Positions 22,583 to 32,170 are shown, numbered from the stretch's first letter. The stretch: 42,616 bases of DNA from Acidobacteriaceae bacterium (GCA_035695685.1 DASRRN010000715.1:1-42616); one strand, 5' to 3'. A program made the numbers and translations. Notes: generated by a model not told the origin, from the sequence alone.

Positions 22583-23203
22583 TCACAAGCTCCATCCCTT
22601 ACCGCCGGCATTTGCCGCCACGCCTCCCAATGCTCCCAGCACGTTGCCCCATACGCTCTCCTGCTCCTGGGTAATGGCGTTGGCCTCGCTATTCGCTGTT
22701 CCAGCTGCGTTGTTTGCCGATCCCGAAAAACTGTTGGGATTCCAGCCCGCGGCGAGATCCTCTTCGCCCGCCACCGCACCCTGCCACTCGTTATAGCCTT
22801 GCTGATAGCCAGCCTGCTGAATGCCCAGCTTCTCCGCACTCTCGGTCGCCGCTCCGGTGGCTAGCAGTTCCTCGTTTTCTTCGTTCTGGGGTCCGCCGGT
22901 CAAGTTCACATTGCTGGTGCCGCCGCCCTGGGTTGCCTGGTTCTCCTGGAGAGCAGTTTTCGCTTTGGCGTACTCCTGCGCGGTGCCCTGGGTGGCTGTA
23001 GTATTCAGATTCTGCAGCTCGGCATCGCTGAAGCCCATCTGATTAGGCCCTTTGGCCAGGATCGGCTCAAATTGTTTATTCAGCGTGTTCTGGATGGCGC
23101 TGAAATTCGAGTAAGCCGTGTTGTAGGCCTGGATTTGGGTCTGATAGAACTGCGCTTCTTCACTTTGCAGGCTCAATTGTGTTGAAGATGGTCCGCCGCA
23201 CAT
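22583..23203 (-). CDS. Internal-virion-type protein (T7 gp14 position), 206 aa
   Basis: ATG 23203 has SD AAGGAGGCAG and overlaps the upstream stop by 1 nt. The sequence is Q/N/G/A-rich. Confidence 0.45.
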   Translation of the reverse strand: MCGGPSSTQLSLQSEEAQFYQTQIQAYNTAYSNFSAIQNTLNKQFEPILAKGPNQMGFSDAELQNLNTTATQGTAQEYAKAKTALQENQATQGGGTSNVNLTGGPQNEENEELLATGAATESAEKLGIQQAGYQQGYNEWQGAVAGEEDLAAGWNPNSFSGSANNAAGTANSEANAITQEQESVWGNVLGALGGVAANAGGKGWSL

Positions 23204-23700
23204 CAGGCTGCCTCCTTTGGTTCCTCGGGGCGCCCAATCACGCGCACCATTTCGTTGGGGCTTTCGACAAATCCCAGACGTTTTTTCGCCATCTCCGCCA
23301 GCTCGCGATCCTCGGTTTCGAAGATCCATTCCTCGGCGCCGGCTTTTGCCAGCTGCACTTCGAGGTAGGCGATGCCTTTTAAGAGGGCCATGGCTGCGCG
23401 CCGCCGGCTCTTCGAGCTCTGTGCCGGAGCAAACTGGATGTTGACTCTCGAAGCTCGGCTGAGACGGATAAAGAACACGACTCCGGTTTTGTCCTCGAGG
23501 GCGCAGCAGGTAGGGCGCGGATCGGGTGCAATTTCGCCGTTCTCATCGGTTGCCAGGCCCATGAAAAATTCCGGATCGAGTACTCCGTTATGGCGCTGAT
23601 CGGCCTCAATCCAGGCCTCAAGCGCCGGGCGGTCCGCATCGGTCACCGCGCGGAGTGTGTATCCATCGAATTCAGCCAAAACGTTCTGCATATCCGGCAT
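23203..23700 (-). CDS. GNAT-like N-acetyltransferase-fold protein
   Basis: YTLRAVTDADRPALEAWI at the N-terminus, then beta strands and a helix (RRRAAMALLKGIAYLE), ending in AKKRLGFVE. The call is by eye. Confidence 0.45.
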   Translation of the reverse strand: MPDMQNVLAEFDGYTLRAVTDADRPALEAWIEADQRHNGVLDPEFFMGLATDENGEIAPDPRPTCCALEDKTGVVFFIRLSRASRVNIQFAPAQSSKSRRRAAMALLKGIAYLEVQLAKAGAEEWIFETEDRELAEMAKKRLGFVESPNEMVRVIGRPEEPKEAA

Positions 23701-23711
23701 ATATATCTCGG

Positions 23712-23936
23712 CTATTGCTTGATGATCGGCAAATAACGCCGGAAGGGCACCTGGCTGCCCCGGTAGAACTGGCGTGCATACACATCCGCCCCACTCGCCT
23801 GGGTGGGCAAACTGGCGATCATCAGCGCGCCCACCCCCTCACTGCCGCGCTCGATCGGCGGAACTGGATTCGCGATCGGCACCGGGTGGCTGGGTTCGAC
23901 CGCTGGCGCGCGTCCTATAACTCTGGCCGGCATCAC
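23712..23936 (-). CDS. Hypothetical Pro-rich protein, 74 aa
   Basis: Track ORF with an ATGA overlap on the upstream stop. Confidence 0.45.
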   Translation of the reverse strand: MMPARVIGRAPAVEPSHPVPIANPVPPIERGSEGVGALMIASLPTQASGADVYARQFYRGSQVPFRRYLPIIKQ

Positions 23937-26900
23937 TTCCTCGCTTTCTCGGGCAGCCGCCCGTAGATGGTGTGGGTCAACAGTTCATTCGGGAACGGCT
24001 CTGCCTTCCAGCTCACGGTGGTTTGCACGTGCCGGCACTTCACTGGCTGTGCATCCTGCATGGCCCAGAAGCGCCGCGTTGTGACGGTCTTTGAAGCCGG
24101 CAGATTGGGCGGATCGTTCGACACGTTGACCAGGTTTGAAAATGTTCCACTGATCTCGTCGTAGAGCAGCCCGATTGAAACCGGCGAGCTGCCCGCGAGT
24201 GCGATTTCTTCAGTGGTGACAAATTGCAGGCCGACTGTCGTTCCTGGCTGCGCCATCACCACGCTGCCAATGATGGCGGTGGCCACATAGGGCACATCGT
24301 TATCGGTCGACACGCTTGAATCGCGCATCAGAATGGGACCCTCCGCGGCCGGGCCCAATAGCAGACGTTTCTGACCGGGCAGGATTTCGACAGAGGCGAT
24401 CGCCTTTACGCCGCCAGTAATCAGCGCGCGCGGACTCCACACATTGCCGCTCTCAGGCGCGGCCACCGCGGCCATGCGGTACCAGCCTTCGGCGCCATCG
24501 GCCACATAGAGCGCCATGTCGGCACTCGATCCCTGGTGCCAGGCCATATAGGTTGCGTCCGTGGTGTATTGCTGGTTGAACAGATCTCCGATCGGGAATC
24601 CTACCTCGAGCTCGCCGGCGCCGGGATCCATCGAAACCACCTGGCCCGAGGTGAGCATGCCGTAAGCCGTCGATCCATTCACGGTGAAAGCATCTTGATT
24701 GGCCAGGCCCACACCCTGCTGAAAATTGATCACATAGAAAGGCGAAGAGGCCGTGCCCTGGCCGAGGACCGCCCACACGTCGGAGTTGGTGTAAACAATC
24801 ATGCCGATCGAGGTTGGCCAGCATGTCACGCCGAGCGAGGGGAAAGTGAACTGGTTTTTTGGCGGGAAAGCTTCGTTCCCGCTACCGGTGATGGTGTCCG
24901 GTCCGCCTGAGTACTTCAACACGTTTCTGACGAATCCCCAGATGCGGCCGAGGTAATAGCACTGCGGCGTGAATCCGGCCGGTGGCGGGTCGTTTGAGTC
25001 TGAGATTGGCGCGGTGATGAATTCATTCAGTGCGTCGTCCGGTTTAGTGTCGGTATAGATCCAGGATCCTGGATCCGATCCTACAGCCGGATTGGGAAAC
25101 TCATCTTCAAAAAGCAGCGTGGATCCGCCTTCGAGCGTGCGCCACAAAACAATGGTGTCAATTTGCGAATCATTGGGCAGGCCTGGCGCCTGGATGATTG
25201 CCTGGTTGCTCTGCGCCACAGTCAAGGGCAGGGAAAGAGGGCTGGCGGTACCAATGTGGCCGGTGATCGAATTCTTACCGCTGTAAGCCCAGATCCATGC
25301 GTCAGTGTTGGCCGGTGTGTAGGGGCCCGCATTCAGCCACAACTGTGTACCGTCGGCGGTACTCTTGCCGGCATCCTCCTCCCAGGTCGGTGCCGCCGCT
25401 CCGGATTCCCCCAGAGTTTGCGGCGTCTGCAGGTTGCCGTTCGCGTCCTCGATGATGTTGGCGGTGCTTACATTCTGCGCAGCTCCCGGCCACGCCGGCG
25501 CGGCTCCGATATTTGTCCAGACCACGGTATTGTCAGTCACCGTGGTGGCGTTGCCGTTTGTCCAATTCGGCGTACCGACGCCACTAGTCCCGGCGGTAGT
25601 GCACTCAAAGGCCACCGTCACAGTGATCGGAGTTTGGGTGAGAATCGCATAGGGCGGATAGGGGAATGTCTGCGCGGTGGTGATGTAGTAAGTGAAGGTC
25701 ACCACAACCACCGCACCCACTGCGTAAACTGTGGTCGCGGCCCAGTTCGGCGGCCCCAGGCAGGTCCAGGCCGCGGTGTTGTCGGCCGTCACCACGCCCA
25801 CAACCACGCTCCACGCCGGAGCCGCGCCTCCGGTTATGCCTCCCGTTGTCAGCTTCTGCACATTGCCGTTCGAATCGATGATGACGTAGGCCGAGGGCGC
25901 GTACCAGGTGTTCGCTTGCCAGGCCGGATAGATGCTGGGCGCGGGCGATTGCGTTACGATCGGCGCGACAGTCGGCGTTTGAATACCCCAGAGCTCGACA
26001 GCCGGGCCGCGGCAGATCCATATTGCCCCGCCATCTACGGTGGCTTGGCCGATATCAGTGCCCCATGCCGGCGCGACTGTTCCCGTGATGCCGTTTCCGG
26101 TGCTGGCGGTACCGGTCTCCGCGCTGAACGCGGTCAGTGGCGGGTTGCCTGCAACTACAACGTCAATAAACGAGACCTGGAGGCTGTTGTTCACCTGAAT
26201 GTCTGGCGGCGTGGCTCCATTGAGCGAGGGCACCGTGGTTAGCCCGCTCAGGTTCAGGCTGATGCCGTTGGGGATGGTCAGCGGAGTCAGCGGCGCAAAG
26301 AACAGGGTCACCAGCCGCGAGGGCGGCCCCGGCAGTCCTGACGCCACCACGCTGATGTTGGTGACGGTGGCGGCCTGCGCGCCCACGGCAACCTGCAGGT
26401 TGCCATTCGAGTCAACAATAAAGTCGCCTTGATTGAAGAGGGTGAGTGCGGCCCAGCTCTTCGCGCTGAGCACCCACTTTTCCTGATTCATGCCATCCGC
26501 GAAGTAGCAGATATTTCCGACGCTCTGAAAGTTGGTGCGCCCCGCATTCGGATCCTTATTCCAAAGCACCTGATTGTTAGCGGGTCCGGTCACATCGCGG
26601 ACCGTGGCGGGGTTGGCCGCCGGCGATACCAGGGCATTGCCGGTGTCGGGGGTGTCGGCATAGTTGTCGAAGCCCTCCACATAGAACGCCTGCTGAAGGG
26701 CCGTCAGGCCTGGGGGTGGGATGGTCATGGGATTGGGCGCGTAGCCGTTCAGCGCCGGGTAGGCGGTCAGCCCTGAGAATTTATATGTCTGCCCGGTCAG
26801 GATCCCCGGTACCGCCGTGGTGAACGTCACAATCACGTTGCCCGCCCCGTATGGACCCGGAGCGAGCCGGATCACCTCGACCGAGGCGATGGCCAGATTG

Positions 26901-27253
26901 TCGGGCGTGTTGTCGCCGTCGACCGACGACAAAACATGGATCTGCTCCGTAGATCCGGAAAAAGCACGGAATTCGTAGAAGCGATTGATAGGTGGAAAAG
27001 GCCCGGCGTTATAAACCGAATTGCCCGGCCGGCGCGCCAGAGTGAGCCGCGTGGTGATTTCGGTGTTCTCGCCGCCAATCAGCCGTTCAAAACGAATCGC
27101 GGAATAAAACTTCTGATAGAGATAGGGAACTGCGCCCGCGCCCAGCGGATTTCCCTGTGTCCACATGCCGGTAAAGAATTCATTGGTATGGAGAGCCGCG
27201 GCCGAGATCGGCTGAACCTGGGCACCTGCGGAAACGAGCGGAGATTCCGGCAT
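23933..27253 (-). CDS. Large tail (nozzle / tubular-B position) protein, 1106 aa, with W-motif repeats
   Basis: ATG 27253 (MPESPL) overlaps the upstream stop. The call comes from synteny with T7 gp12. The protein contains 4-5 repeats of ..IIDSNGNxQ..TGxxGxxxPxW..G..TxDG...W...G. Confidence 0.5.
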   Translation of the reverse strand: MPESPLVSAGAQVQPISAAALHTNEFFTGMWTQGNPLGAGAVPYLYQKFYSAIRFERLIGGENTEITTRLTLARRPGNSVYNAGPFPPINRFYEFRAFSGSTEQIHVLSSVDGDNTPDNLAIASVEVIRLAPGPYGAGNVIVTFTTAVPGILTGQTYKFSGLTAYPALNGYAPNPMTIPPPGLTALQQAFYVEGFDNYADTPDTGNALVSPAANPATVRDVTGPANNQVLWNKDPNAGRTNFQSVGNICYFADGMNQEKWVLSAKSWAALTLFNQGDFIVDSNGNLQVAVGAQAATVTNISVVASGLPGPPSRLVTLFFAPLTPLTIPNGISLNLSGLTTVPSLNGATPPDIQVNNSLQVSFIDVVVAGNPPLTAFSAETGTASTGNGITGTVAPAWGTDIGQATVDGGAIWICRGPAVELWGIQTPTVAPIVTQSPAPSIYPAWQANTWYAPSAYVIIDSNGNVQKLTTGGITGGAAPAWSVVVGVVTADNTAAWTCLGPPNWAATTVYAVGAVVVVTFTYYITTAQTFPYPPYAILTQTPITVTVAFECTTAGTSGVGTPNWTNGNATTVTDNTVVWTNIGAAPAWPGAAQNVSTANIIEDANGNLQTPQTLGESGAAAPTWEEDAGKSTADGTQLWLNAGPYTPANTDAWIWAYSGKNSITGHIGTASPLSLPLTVAQSNQAIIQAPGLPNDSQIDTIVLWRTLEGGSTLLFEDEFPNPAVGSDPGSWIYTDTKPDDALNEFITAPISDSNDPPPAGFTPQCYYLGRIWGFVRNVLKYSGGPDTITGSGNEAFPPKNQFTFPSLGVTCWPTSIGMIVYTNSDVWAVLGQGTASSPFYVINFQQGVGLANQDAFTVNGSTAYGMLTSGQVVSMDPGAGELEVGFPIGDLFNQQYTTDATYMAWHQGSSADMALYVADGAEGWYRMAAVAAPESGNVWSPRALITGGVKAIASVEILPGQKRLLLGPAAEGPILMRDSSVSTDNDVPYVATAIIGSVVMAQPGTTVGLQFVTTEEIALAGSSPVSIGLLYDEISGTFSNLVNVSNDPPNLPASKTVTTRRFWAMQDAQPVKCRHVQTTVSWKAEPFPNELLTHTIYGRLPEKARK

Positions 27254-27957
27254 CAGCTCTCCCTCGCCTTGTAGCGCTCGGCTGTTGCCAGCTGAGTGCC
27301 TTGCAATTGCGCCATCACCCGCGTCCAATTGGCGAGGAAGATATTGCGCTCGAGATCCGTGAGGCCGCCCTGCGCTCCTAACAGGGCGGTGATGAATTTG
27401 GCGTTGTACTCATTGAAGCGCGCGTCAAAGCCAATCAGGCTCATCAGCGCCAGGTGGCCCCACTGGCAGATGTAGTTTTTCTCATCCGGTACCGGCGCCC
27501 AGGTGAAACCGAGCGAAGCCAGTATCGGGGCCTTTTTTTGATAAATAAGAGTGACGTCGTAATTCTGATCCGGCGCCGGCGTGAGGCGGAAAGTGATATT
27601 GCCCAGGCCGTCATCGAGAAATGGCGCACAGAATGCCGGCCGCGCCTGCGATGCATCAATATGCAATAAGTTTCTGACCGCGATTTCGAAGGGCTTGCCC
27701 GCGGCCACTGCCTGCACGGTGCCACCTTCGAGAAAACTGAAATTGTCGAGTCCGCCGACAGTGGTGTCCTGCACCGCGGCGGCGAAGTTCACCAGGCCGC
27801 GATTCCAGGGCCACGCGAAAGGCGGCCCCAGCATGGTCTGCAGCACCAGGTTGGCCGAAGACAGGGCCGGCTCCATTCCGTTGATCAACACGGGCTGCTG
27901 CTCTAAAAAGCTGAGCTCCCAATTGATCGTGTCCTGGATGGTTTTGGTGCTCGGCAT
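27253..27957 (-). CDS. Tail adaptor/tubular-A-position protein, 234 aa
   Basis: The call rests on synteny. Its N-terminal region is similar to that of the 28130..29137 product (..F.W.WNR). Confidence 0.45.
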   Translation of the reverse strand: MPSTKTIQDTINWELSFLEQQPVLINGMEPALSSANLVLQTMLGPPFAWPWNRGLVNFAAAVQDTTVGGLDNFSFLEGGTVQAVAAGKPFEIAVRNLLHIDASQARPAFCAPFLDDGLGNITFRLTPAPDQNYDVTLIYQKKAPILASLGFTWAPVPDEKNYICQWGHLALMSLIGFDARFNEYNAKFITALLGAQGGLTDLERNIFLANWTRVMAQLQGTQLATAERYKARES

Positions 27958-28125
27958 TTACTTCCTTCTCTTCGTCTTCCATCGGCTTTGTTTCGAGTGC
28001 TTCACTTTGTGAGCCACGCCGGCCACAACAGCAGTTTTCAAATTCGGCGCCGGGATTCCGTGCATATGTCGGTAGGCGTTCCAGGCCTTGTATGCCGCCT
28101 TGCTCTTGAATTTTTCCGTTGGCAT
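27958..28125 (-). CDS. Small basic protein, 55 aa
   Basis: Internal ATG of track ORF 27958..28200. The product is Lys/His-rich and the stop abuts the next start. Confidence 0.4.
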   Translation of the reverse strand: MPTEKFKSKAAYKAWNAYRHMHGIPAPNLKTAVVAGVAHKVKHSKQSRWKTKRRK

Positions 28126-28129
28126 GTCA

Positions 28130-29137
28130 TCACCGCCCCGGCCAGACATTGTAGAGATACGGATTGGCGGGCCCGATATCGATACCGCCCTGGGGCGCAA
28201 CTACGCTGCGATCGGGAATGAAGCCGCAGTTGTCCGGCTCGCGATCGCCCTGCTTCATCGATTGCTCCATCGCCGCCATCCAGGTTTCATGCAGTCCGCG
28301 CGGGCCGTAATAGCGATCGCGCATCTGCGGGTTGGCGCTCATCTTGTAGCAGCCGCCGATGTAGCCCACGCGGAACCAGTTGGCATAGTCATCGGGAACG
28401 GGATTGATGAACTGCGAGGGCAGCGTGAAAGCCGGCGGAGCCTGCATCTGCGCTACCACGTTGACCTGATATACAACTCCCTGCTGTGGAGGCAGAGGCT
28501 TCAGCCGGAAGCCCTGCGAGTTAGGACCGGCCACGGTCCACACGCAGCTGCCATCGTTCACCGTGGCGCCTTCGGCCGAGTTCACGGGCAGCACCGGCGC
28601 CACGCCTCCCGTCGTTCCGTACGTCGTCAAAATCAGAATGTTGTTATTCGCATCCAGGATGTTGATCGCGGGATTGGTGGGAGTAATGACCGCGCCCAGA
28701 GGCTGGGTGTATTTCTGATTCGCTCCTGGCCACACGCCTTGGATGAGTTGGTTATTCGGGTACCAGGCCACCTTCGCCGGCGGGTTGCCTGAGATCGAAG
28801 TCACATCGAGATCGCGCACCGTTTCGATGGGATAAGTTGGCTTGGGAAGGGCGGTGTTATTGATGTCGATCCAATACGCATTCTCGAGCCACCCGATTGG
28901 CGTGGCCTGGGCCAGCTGCGCGTAATCCTGCTCCCAGCTGGAGGTATAGAACGGACGCACCTTCATCCGGTTCCATTTCCAATTGAAGCGCTGCGAAATC
29001 ATGTCGAGCATCACATCGGTGGCGATGCCGAGCGCTGTGGTCATTGAATAGCCGCCGGTGGGCAGCACCGGGCCCAGCTCGCCCATCGAACTTACGTAAT
29101 CGATGATCGATTGAACGCTGACCGTAGAACTGCCCAT
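28130..29137 (-). CDS. Virion structural protein, 335 aa (paralog-like to 27253..27957)
   Basis: Track ORF. The motif ISQRFNWKWNR aligns with GPPFAWPWNR in the neighbouring gene. Confidence 0.5.
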   Translation of the reverse strand: MGSSTVSVQSIIDYVSSMGELGPVLPTGGYSMTTALGIATDVMLDMISQRFNWKWNRMKVRPFYTSSWEQDYAQLAQATPIGWLENAYWIDINNTALPKPTYPIETVRDLDVTSISGNPPAKVAWYPNNQLIQGVWPGANQKYTQPLGAVITPTNPAINILDANNNILILTTYGTTGGVAPVLPVNSAEGATVNDGSCVWTVAGPNSQGFRLKPLPPQQGVVYQVNVVAQMQAPPAFTLPSQFINPVPDDYANWFRVGYIGGCYKMSANPQMRDRYYGPRGLHETWMAAMEQSMKQGDREPDNCGFIPDRSVVAPQGGIDIGPANPYLYNVWPGR

Positions 29138-29176
29138 AGGTGACCTCTAGTGCTCATTGGTGCTCGTTAGTGTCCG

Positions 29177-29650
29177 CTACGCCGCGTCCTGCGTAACCTC
29201 GAAGATCTTCGATCCGGAGGGCGAATTGTCGGTGGGATAGTCGAGCCACTTCTGCCACTCCGCCCACATCGCGCTATAAAGTGCGCGATCCGTTTTTCTC
29301 AGCGCAGCCTTGGGCTTCCACACTTCCTTGCCGCACCGGGTGCAGCTGATGCACATATCGCCATTGGGATAGGTGTTGATGTTGATCGAGTAGTTGGCGT
29401 CGGTGCCCTTGGCGAATTTGTTGTCGCGGCCGCCCTTGCGGTGTTTGCAAACCGATTGCCGGCGCAGGCGTTCGCCCTCGCTCTTCTCGAAGTCCTGCAC
29501 CTGGCGCGCGCGGTCATGCTCGAGGCGATCGCGCTTGTCTTTCCTCACCGCCATCTCTTCGCGCATGTGCTCAATCTGCATGCGCTTGTATTCGAGCTCC
29601 ACCGCTTCCAGCTCGCTCAGTTCCACAGTCATTTTCTTTGAGGGTGCCAT
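29177..29650 (-). CDS. Hypothetical protein with charged helix and Cys/His cluster, 157 aa
   Basis: Track ORF with the pattern CKH...CISCTRC. Confidence 0.55.
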   Translation of the reverse strand: MAPSKKMTVELSELEAVELEYKRMQIEHMREEMAVRKDKRDRLEHDRARQVQDFEKSEGERLRRQSVCKHRKGGRDNKFAKGTDANYSININTYPNGDMCISCTRCGKEVWKPKAALRKTDRALYSAMWAEWQKWLDYPTDNSPSGSKIFEVTQDAA

Positions 29651-29681
29651 GGCCGTATCTCCTGCAGGTGTTATGCATCAA

Positions 29682-29726
29682 GGGGCCGTTTTATGCAGCA
29701 AGCGGCCCCCCGTATGCGATTACGGG
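29682..29726 (-). terminator. Two adjacent hairpins just downstream of the capsid gene (possible partial terminator)
   Basis: Stems GGGGCCG / CGGCCCC (29682-29688 / 29703-29709) and CCCGTA / TACGGG (29709-29714 / 29721-29726). The T-tract is weak. Confidence 0.35.
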
Positions 29727-29727
29727 T

Positions 29728-30900
29728 TTAGCTGATGAGAGTTGGGGCGTCGATGTAGCGCGCGCGTCCCACCGTGTCCGGCACCACTCCCACCGCAAAG
29801 TTGAAGTTGTAGGCTGTCGACCCGCCGATCATCATCGCCGGGTCCGACACGCTGGCATCGTCGTAGCGCTTGGTGATCACTTTCAGGTTCCGCCAGTCGC
29901 CATCACCCAGCTCGGTCATTTCCTTCGCGCCCATGCTGATGCTGATCACCGCATCCTTGCCGTAGATGTAGGTGCGGAAGGCGGTCACGCCGGCATTCCC
30001 CAGATAGTTCAAGGTCTGCTTAACGATGGTGGTTTCGTAGAACCGCACGCCGGCCCATTCCAGGGCTTCTACATACTCGCCCTCGCCGCCGGGCAGCTCC
30101 TTCAACAAGTCCACGCCTTCCATGTGCCGCTTCAGAATGTCGGTGAACGAATTGTTGGCCGCGTCGTTCAGCGCATCGCCCCAGGCAAAGGGAGTAATCA
30201 GCCCGCAAAACTTTCCCTCTTCCATAGGCTTCACGTTGCGCCCGCGCAGCGAGGCCACTGCCGAGGTGATGTTGTTTTTGTTGAAGGGCACGTTGAAAGC
30301 GTTCTGCACGCTTACGCTCGCGTCAATCACGTTCAGCCCGTCGGTGGTGTTCTTGATCAGGTAAGCCACGGTCTGCGCGCACTGGTAGGCTAGCTCCTTG
30401 CCGCCGTTTTCAAGCGCGGGGTCGATCGCCAGCTGCATCGAGAAGCGCGAATAGTTGAGGTAATCGGCATAGTTGCCGATCACAATCTTGTCGGTGAGGA
30501 TGTTGATCGTCTCGCCGGCGGTTACGGTGCCCTCTGGGGCCTGGGCCAGGTCCGGACCAAACGCCACATATTCAAAAAGGTTGAGAGTGTTGCCGCTGTT
30601 CTCGGGCAGAGGCCTGCGCTCCACGCATCGGTAGTGGGGCGTTTCGGCCTTCAGGTTTTCGACAAAGTTTTTGTCGTAGTAATTAACCTGGGTCTGGGTG
30701 AGGTTCGAGGTGTTGTTCGAGGCCGGCGAGTAGCCGGCGCCGAGCTGGGTCTGGGTGGCCAAGGCGTTGCCTTGTTCCTGGATCAAGAAGGCGATGGCTG
30801 ATCCCCACATCGCCAACACATAGAGCACCGGCCGCAGAATGTTATTTACAAGCCAGTTTCTCCGCCGAAGGAATGTCTCATCCCTGCGAATCGAAATCAT
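29728..30900 (-). CDS. Major capsid protein (HK97-fold type)
   Basis: The size and the position after a scaffold-like gene fit a capsid protein. The pattern RPLPENSGNTLNLFEYVAF....APEGTVTAGETI....KIVIGNYADYLNYS is typical of capsid families. SD GGGAGCGG precedes ATG 30900. Confidence 0.65.
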   Translation of the reverse strand: MISIRRDETFLRRRNWLVNNILRPVLYVLAMWGSAIAFLIQEQGNALATQTQLGAGYSPASNNTSNLTQTQVNYYDKNFVENLKAETPHYRCVERRPLPENSGNTLNLFEYVAFGPDLAQAPEGTVTAGETINILTDKIVIGNYADYLNYSRFSMQLAIDPALENGGKELAYQCAQTVAYLIKNTTDGLNVIDASVSVQNAFNVPFNKNNITSAVASLRGRNVKPMEEGKFCGLITPFAWGDALNDAANNSFTDILKRHMEGVDLLKELPGGEGEYVEALEWAGVRFYETTIVKQTLNYLGNAGVTAFRTYIYGKDAVISISMGAKEMTELGDGDWRNLKVITKRYDDASVSDPAMMIGGSTAYNFNFAVGVVPDTVGRARYIDAPTLIS

Positions 30901-30943
30901 GATGCCGCTCCCGACTTCGCGGGGCGGTCAGTTTGCCTGATGT

Positions 30944-31816
30944 TTAGCTGGCCCGTCTTTTCGGCTTGTCCTGCTGCGCGTAAAACTCCGAACACCGCAC
31001 AAATTCGGGATCGGTAGTCATCAGCCGTTTCATGGTGGCCGCGCTCATCTTGGCAATCTGCTCCCGCGAGTACTTCAGACGATTGGCCGTCCTAGCCGGA
31101 GGCTGTCCGTGCATTTCGCTCGGACGCACGCCGGTTGAGTTCCGGGTGGGAGTCTTCGGTAGCACGGGCGCGGGAGCATTCCGCTCAGGCTGTGGGTCCG
31201 GTGACTGCGTGGGTGGTTCTTCCTCCTCGGGCTTTTGTTGCAGCAGTTGGGCTGCGGTCAGCTCCTCGAAGGCGCGGTGATAATGGGCTTTCTTGGTCAG
31301 ATCGCCATGTAGTTGTATATAGCGATACATCACACCCGCATTATGCGGGCAGACGTAGTAGTCAGGAGTTTCGGCAGTGAAAGCCTCCGCGGCTTCCGTT
31401 GCCATTCTCTCCAGCTGTGCTTCTCGGTCCGCCGGCGCGTTTTCCGTCGCCATGCGTAGATTTTCCATGGGGCCGACCTGGGATTCGATAATCCTGGTCA
31501 CCGCCCGGTCGACGGTAGCCGGATCATTCAATTCAGCCACGGCCGTCATGCGATCGGCAGGAGTCAGAGGCTTGGGAGCGTTGGAGCGGGGAGCGGGGGG
31601 ATTCGCTCCCGTTCCATTGCCTCCGTTGTTGCGCCTGAGCTCGGCGATCCGCCGGTTGGCGTTCGCCTGGGAATCAGCTAAGGCCTCGGCAATCTGTTCC
31701 TTGGTTCCGCGAAACACTGAAATGGGAATTCCGTCTTCCGGCGTATCTGACGTCACGGTCAGCTTCCATTGTGGAATGCCGTTTTTCGTGACTAACTCTT
31801 CCCACTGCTTCGCCAT
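30944..31816 (-). CDS. Scaffold-like protein, 290 aa
   Basis: It lies directly upstream of the capsid gene and is charged, Pro-rich and low in complexity. Confidence 0.45.
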   Translation of the reverse strand: MAKQWEELVTKNGIPQWKLTVTSDTPEDGIPISVFRGTKEQIAEALADSQANANRRIAELRRNNGGNGTGANPPAPRSNAPKPLTPADRMTAVAELNDPATVDRAVTRIIESQVGPMENLRMATENAPADREAQLERMATEAAEAFTAETPDYYVCPHNAGVMYRYIQLHGDLTKKAHYHRAFEELTAAQLLQQKPEEEEPPTQSPDPQPERNAPAPVLPKTPTRNSTGVRPSEMHGQPPARTANRLKYSREQIAKMSAATMKRLMTTDPEFVRCSEFYAQQDKPKRRAS

Positions 31817-31819
31817 GGC

Positions 31820-32170
31820 CTATCCTATTCCCTGCAGCACGTCATCCAAACTCGGTTTTTCCGGTGGCTCTTCTTCGGTACCGGTGCGGGTGCTGTAAGC
31901 ATTAAACACTTGTTTTTGAACGTAGGTAAAGAATAACCACGATGCCTTGGCCATGCAATGGCCTCCCAGTACCGCCTCCGGCTCGCCGGGCGAAGTGTTC
32001 AAATGCGCGGTCTCAAGCTCGATGCAGGCCTGCTCCATCACGTCCAGCAGGGCCTGATACCGAGAGTCCATATGCAGCTGCGCAAGCAGCTCCTGGGTCT
32101 CGGGCGATACCCGGACTTCCGTAACTTTGAGAGTGCGCGTGGTGCGGATCTTCAGTTCCATGAATGCCAT
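31820..32170 (-). CDS. Hypothetical protein, 116 aa
   Basis: Track ORF in an operon context. Confidence 0.5.
   Translation of the reverse strand: MAFMELKIRTTRTLKVTEVRVSPETQELLAQLHMDSRYQALLDVMEQACIELETAHLNTSPGEPEAVLGGHCMAKASWLFFTYVQKQVFNAYSTRTGTEEEPPEKPSLDDVLQGIG

Noticed and set aside
29728-30900. Alternative downstream start (30810) for the capsid gene, to remove its hydrophobic N-terminal segment
   Set aside because: ATG 30900 has a good SD (GGGAGCGG) and ATG 30810 has none. I kept the long form, although the hydrophobic N-terminus remains odd.
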